Of a stretch of 64,000 nucleotides of DNA, positions 61,150-64,000 are shown in pieces (the stretch's first letter is position 1; each line of letters begins with the position of its first letter). The position numbers and the translations under genes were made by a program. The notes under the pieces were generated by a model. It was not told the origin of the DNA. It searched no databases and worked only from the letters and a program-made list of their open reading frames with translations. Source of the DNA: Raja brachyura (taxonomy: Eukaryota); NCBI GenBank assembly GCA_963514005.1, contig OY740810.1:22320001-22384000 (forward strand). The letters run 5' to 3'.

Positions 61150-61454
61150 TATAGAGTCATCGAGTGATACCATGTGGAGACAGACTCTTTGGCCCAACTT
61201 GCCCACACCGGCCAACATGTCCCAACTATACTAGTCCCACCTGCCTGCGTTTGATCCATATCCCTCCATACTTGTCCTGTCCATGTACCTGTCTAACTGT
61301 ATCTTAAACATTGGGACAATCCCAGCCTCAACTACCTCCCCTGGCAGCTTGGTCCATACACCCACTACCCTTTGTGTGAAAACGTTACCCCTCAGATTCC
61401 TATTAAATATTTTCCCCTTCACCTTGAACCCATGTCCTCTGGTCCTCGATTCCC
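61150..61454 (-). mobile_element. CR1/HER1 LINE 3' fragment
   Basis: ESRTRGHGFKVKG...FTQRVVGVW. Confidence 0.85.
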
Positions 61455-61457
61455 TAA

Positions 61458-61577
61458 AGGATCTGTCCCACTTTGCCATTTTTTTCGGCGACTGCGGAGC
61501 ATCAGTGACAGATGCCCATAAAACCGTCAAGTTGCACGACATACACGCTGACGTACGCTGTCCTGCGGGTGACGCCT
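61458..61577. mobile_element. Truncated Harbinger-like MITE end
   Basis: TAA then AGGATCTGTCCCACTTTGCCATTTTTTT, similar to the 56556 element. Confidence 0.55.
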
Positions 61578-61579
61578 AG

Positions 61580-61597
61580 TTAGGGTTAGGGTTAGGG
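61580..61597 (+). repeat. Short interstitial telomeric repeat (TTAGGG)3
   Basis: Three perfect vertebrate telomere units. Confidence 0.85.
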
Positions 61598-61617
61598 ACC
61601 ACAGATGGGCTTTAAAA

Positions 61618-62317
61618 TATTCTTCCTTCAATGCATGGATTTTAAACATTGATATATTAAAATTAATACAATAAAATCAATTGTGCCAATGAAAAGATGT
61701 CTGAGTCTTTCAGCTTTATTTATAGATGTTTGGTCCGCTTACAGATCCATTCACCATCTCTATACCTTTTCACAGGGATGGATTCAGAGTGTAGACTGAA
61801 CTCCCCTCTCCCCTCCACCCCCTCTCTTCCCCCCTCCCTGTTGTTCCCTAAGTCTGCTTTTATCCCATTGTCAATGTTACTATGTGACCTTTGTTCAGTA
61901 CTATTAGTGGGATCTAGCTGTCACAGACTGGGTCCACAAAATGGGGGGCGTTGGGGAAAGTGGGGGGGAGGGGGGTTGGAGAATGGGAGAAGGGAGGGAG
62001 CGGGGGAGAAGGGAGAGAGCGGGGGAGAAGGGGATGTGAGGGGAGGGAGGAGTGGAGATGGGGGAGAAGAGTAGAACGGGAAGAAAGGAGGAAGAGTGGG
62101 GATGGGAAGGGCGGGGGAGAGAGGGGAGGGGAGAAGGGTAGGGGGTAGTGGCCCATCCCTGTGAAAAGTTATAGAGACGGTGATTGGATCTGGAAGCGAG
62201 CCAATACATCTATAAATAAAACTGAATGATTCAGACATCTTTTCATTTGCACAATTGATTTTATTGTATTAATTTTAATATATTAATGTTTAAAATCCAT
62301 GCATTGAAGGAAGAATA
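61618..62317. mobile_element. Foldback/MITE-like element with ~164-bp inverted arms
   Basis: 61618-61781 is the reverse complement of 62153-62317 (about 90% by eye); bounded by TA; interior is C-rich then G-rich. Confidence 0.8.
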
Positions 62318-62440
62318 CTGTAGTAATAAACAGTTGTGCTTACTTGATGCTCTGTGTCTGAGTGCATGAGCTTAGATCATTTCAGAAGAATAAAGTTAGG
62401 ACAGTTTCAAAAATGGACCTCCAGTTGGAGTTGAAAGTCA

Positions 62441-64000
62441 ATTTCATTTCGGAGTCACGTGAGTGACTTCGTGAAGAGCCCGCCGGCGCGCATGCTCGAC
62501 ATATCATCGTAACGTGTTGCTGCGACGGCTGGCGGTGGAGCGCGCTCCTCGCCAGCCCTTCATAAGGGGCCACGGAGGTGAGTATTCTACCTTTAGTTGG
62601 TGGTCCTTGTTGTCTGATTATGTCTTGCAGCAAGGACATGGATGGGAGTTCGAAGGGCCGGAGGACGTCAGGACGAGTTCGCCGGTCAACAGTTCCAGGG
62701 CCTTTACCATCGGCAATACCTGCAGCGCAGGCCGGGACTCAGGCGGAGATGTGGGTAAGCCCTGTGATTACAGGTCCAGGTCCGCCAGCACACCACAGCT
62801 CGGAGGAGTTCGACGAGGAGGAGTGTGGTGTGCCGCCAGAGCAGGGGGACCCTGCCATGGCAGTCAGGTCGTCAGCGGGCTCGCTGGCGACCTCGAGCAG
62901 GGCACGTGCCGTTGCACGGTCTGTTCCACTCAGCCCTCCGAGAAGGGGGAGGGCAGGAGCCCAGAAGCCTAACCCTGTTAGGGCTAAGGCATTGCCTATC
63001 GCGGAGGAGCGGTCAGGTTCCAGGGCGAGACCCGGGGCGGCTGTGAGGTCCAGCCAGCACACCCCGACTCTCGACGCCGGGACGGGTCGGTCGAGTCGGG
63101 TCTCGTCACGGTCGCCGAGCCCCCCATGGATGGGTGGGCGAGACCATGCGTCGGCAACGTCCACGATGTGGGCAGCCGGCAAGACTGCGCGGGCCCCAGG
63201 CAGCCATGCTTCGGCTGGTGCCGACACCTCGCCGCAAGTGCCCTTAGTGGCAGCGGCTTCAGCTCTCGCTAAACAGAGGCGATTGAACACGCCCGCGCAG
63301 GAATTCGCGCAGTTACCGGCACCGGCAGGGCCTCGACGAGGTGCGGGCCGATGACAGGAGCCCGGTTTTCTTTTCAGAGCCGGAGGACTCCGACCACCTG
63401 AGTGTTCAGGGTGAAGGGCGTATTGACCGTATGGAGCGGCTGCTGGAGCTCCTGCTTCAACGTCAACAACAGCAGGGCAGCAACAGGCACAGGGCGTCTT
63501 CACCAACATCTACTATCAGCCTGGAGCAGCAGGAGGAGGAGGTTCCTGCTATTGGCCTGTGGTCAATACGCCAATATGGGGCAACATCAGTGCGGCTATC
63601 CGTCAACAGGAGCTAAAATTGCAGCGGATCCTGAAACTCCTCACGGCCGGTATTACCGCCTTTGCGCGGTCGGTGGACGGGGACGAACTGAATTTGGACC
63701 AGGAAGATGCTCTGGCCTTATTGTGCGCGACCCAGCACGAAATCAACGGGTTTCGCAAAAACAGCATCCGCCCAGCACTCAACCCGAAGTTTGCAGGATT
63801 GTGCAAACCACCGCCGCCGCCGCCGCCCCGTCAGCTCTTTGGTGAGGACCTCTCGAAGAGAGTCAAAGAGCTTGACGAACAAGCCAAAACGGTGGGGATC
63901 ATGCGCTCTCAGAGTGCCCCCACACCGTCAGGCTCAAAAGCTCCATACATTCGCTCACGAGGGTCGGCCGGTGCCTCGACGAGGACTCGCCCTCTAGCTC
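62441..64000 (+). mobile_element. DIRS1-type element (same family as 40323), 5' part running off the window end
   Basis: Starts ATT-TCATTTCGGAGTCACGTG; colinear with 40323-42110, with deletions near 63314 and 63545. Confidence 0.95.
62619..64000 (+). pseudogene. gag: DIRS gag-like ORF1, frameshifted by deletions
   Basis: MSCSKDMDG start as in the 40501 copy; ~26-bp and ~200-bp deletions break the frame. Confidence 0.85.

Noticed and set aside
61697-62238. Pro-rich and Gly-rich ORFs
   Set aside because: Low-complexity purine tract within the foldback element

Overview
Eukaryotic, transposon-dense non-coding DNA, most likely from a skate or ray (inferred from HE1-type tRNA SINEs and HER1/CR1 LINEs). 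No host protein-coding gene could be supported. There are three DIRS1-type tyrosine-recombinase retrotransposons. One is a near-intact 5.3-kb copy (40323-45632: gag, RT-RNase H-methyltransferase-like pol, YR, ITRs and ICR). One is a 3.5-kb copy of another subfamily with near-perfect termini but a decayed interior (8995-12521). The third runs off the window end (from 62441). All three start at ATT, and both complete copies also end at ATT. Also present: many CR1/HER1, Rex1 and Tx1 LINE fragments (one with an uninterrupted ~760-codon ORF2), PIF/Harbinger-like MITEs, a 187-bp solo LTR, a 700-bp foldback element and a 261-N gap. The most unusual signal is a family of about 20 short, usually palindromic non-coding inserts. 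They have 11-14 bp target-site duplications and carry a minimal hammerhead-ribozyme core (CTGAAGA-A-GGGTC-tc-GACCC-GAAACGTC), which fits a retrozyme-like, non-autonomous Penelope-type element. Also notable are conserved splice signals suggesting the DIRS recombinase is expressed from a spliced RNA. Family names come from recall and motif recognition, not database searches. Boundaries of degenerate repeats are approximate.
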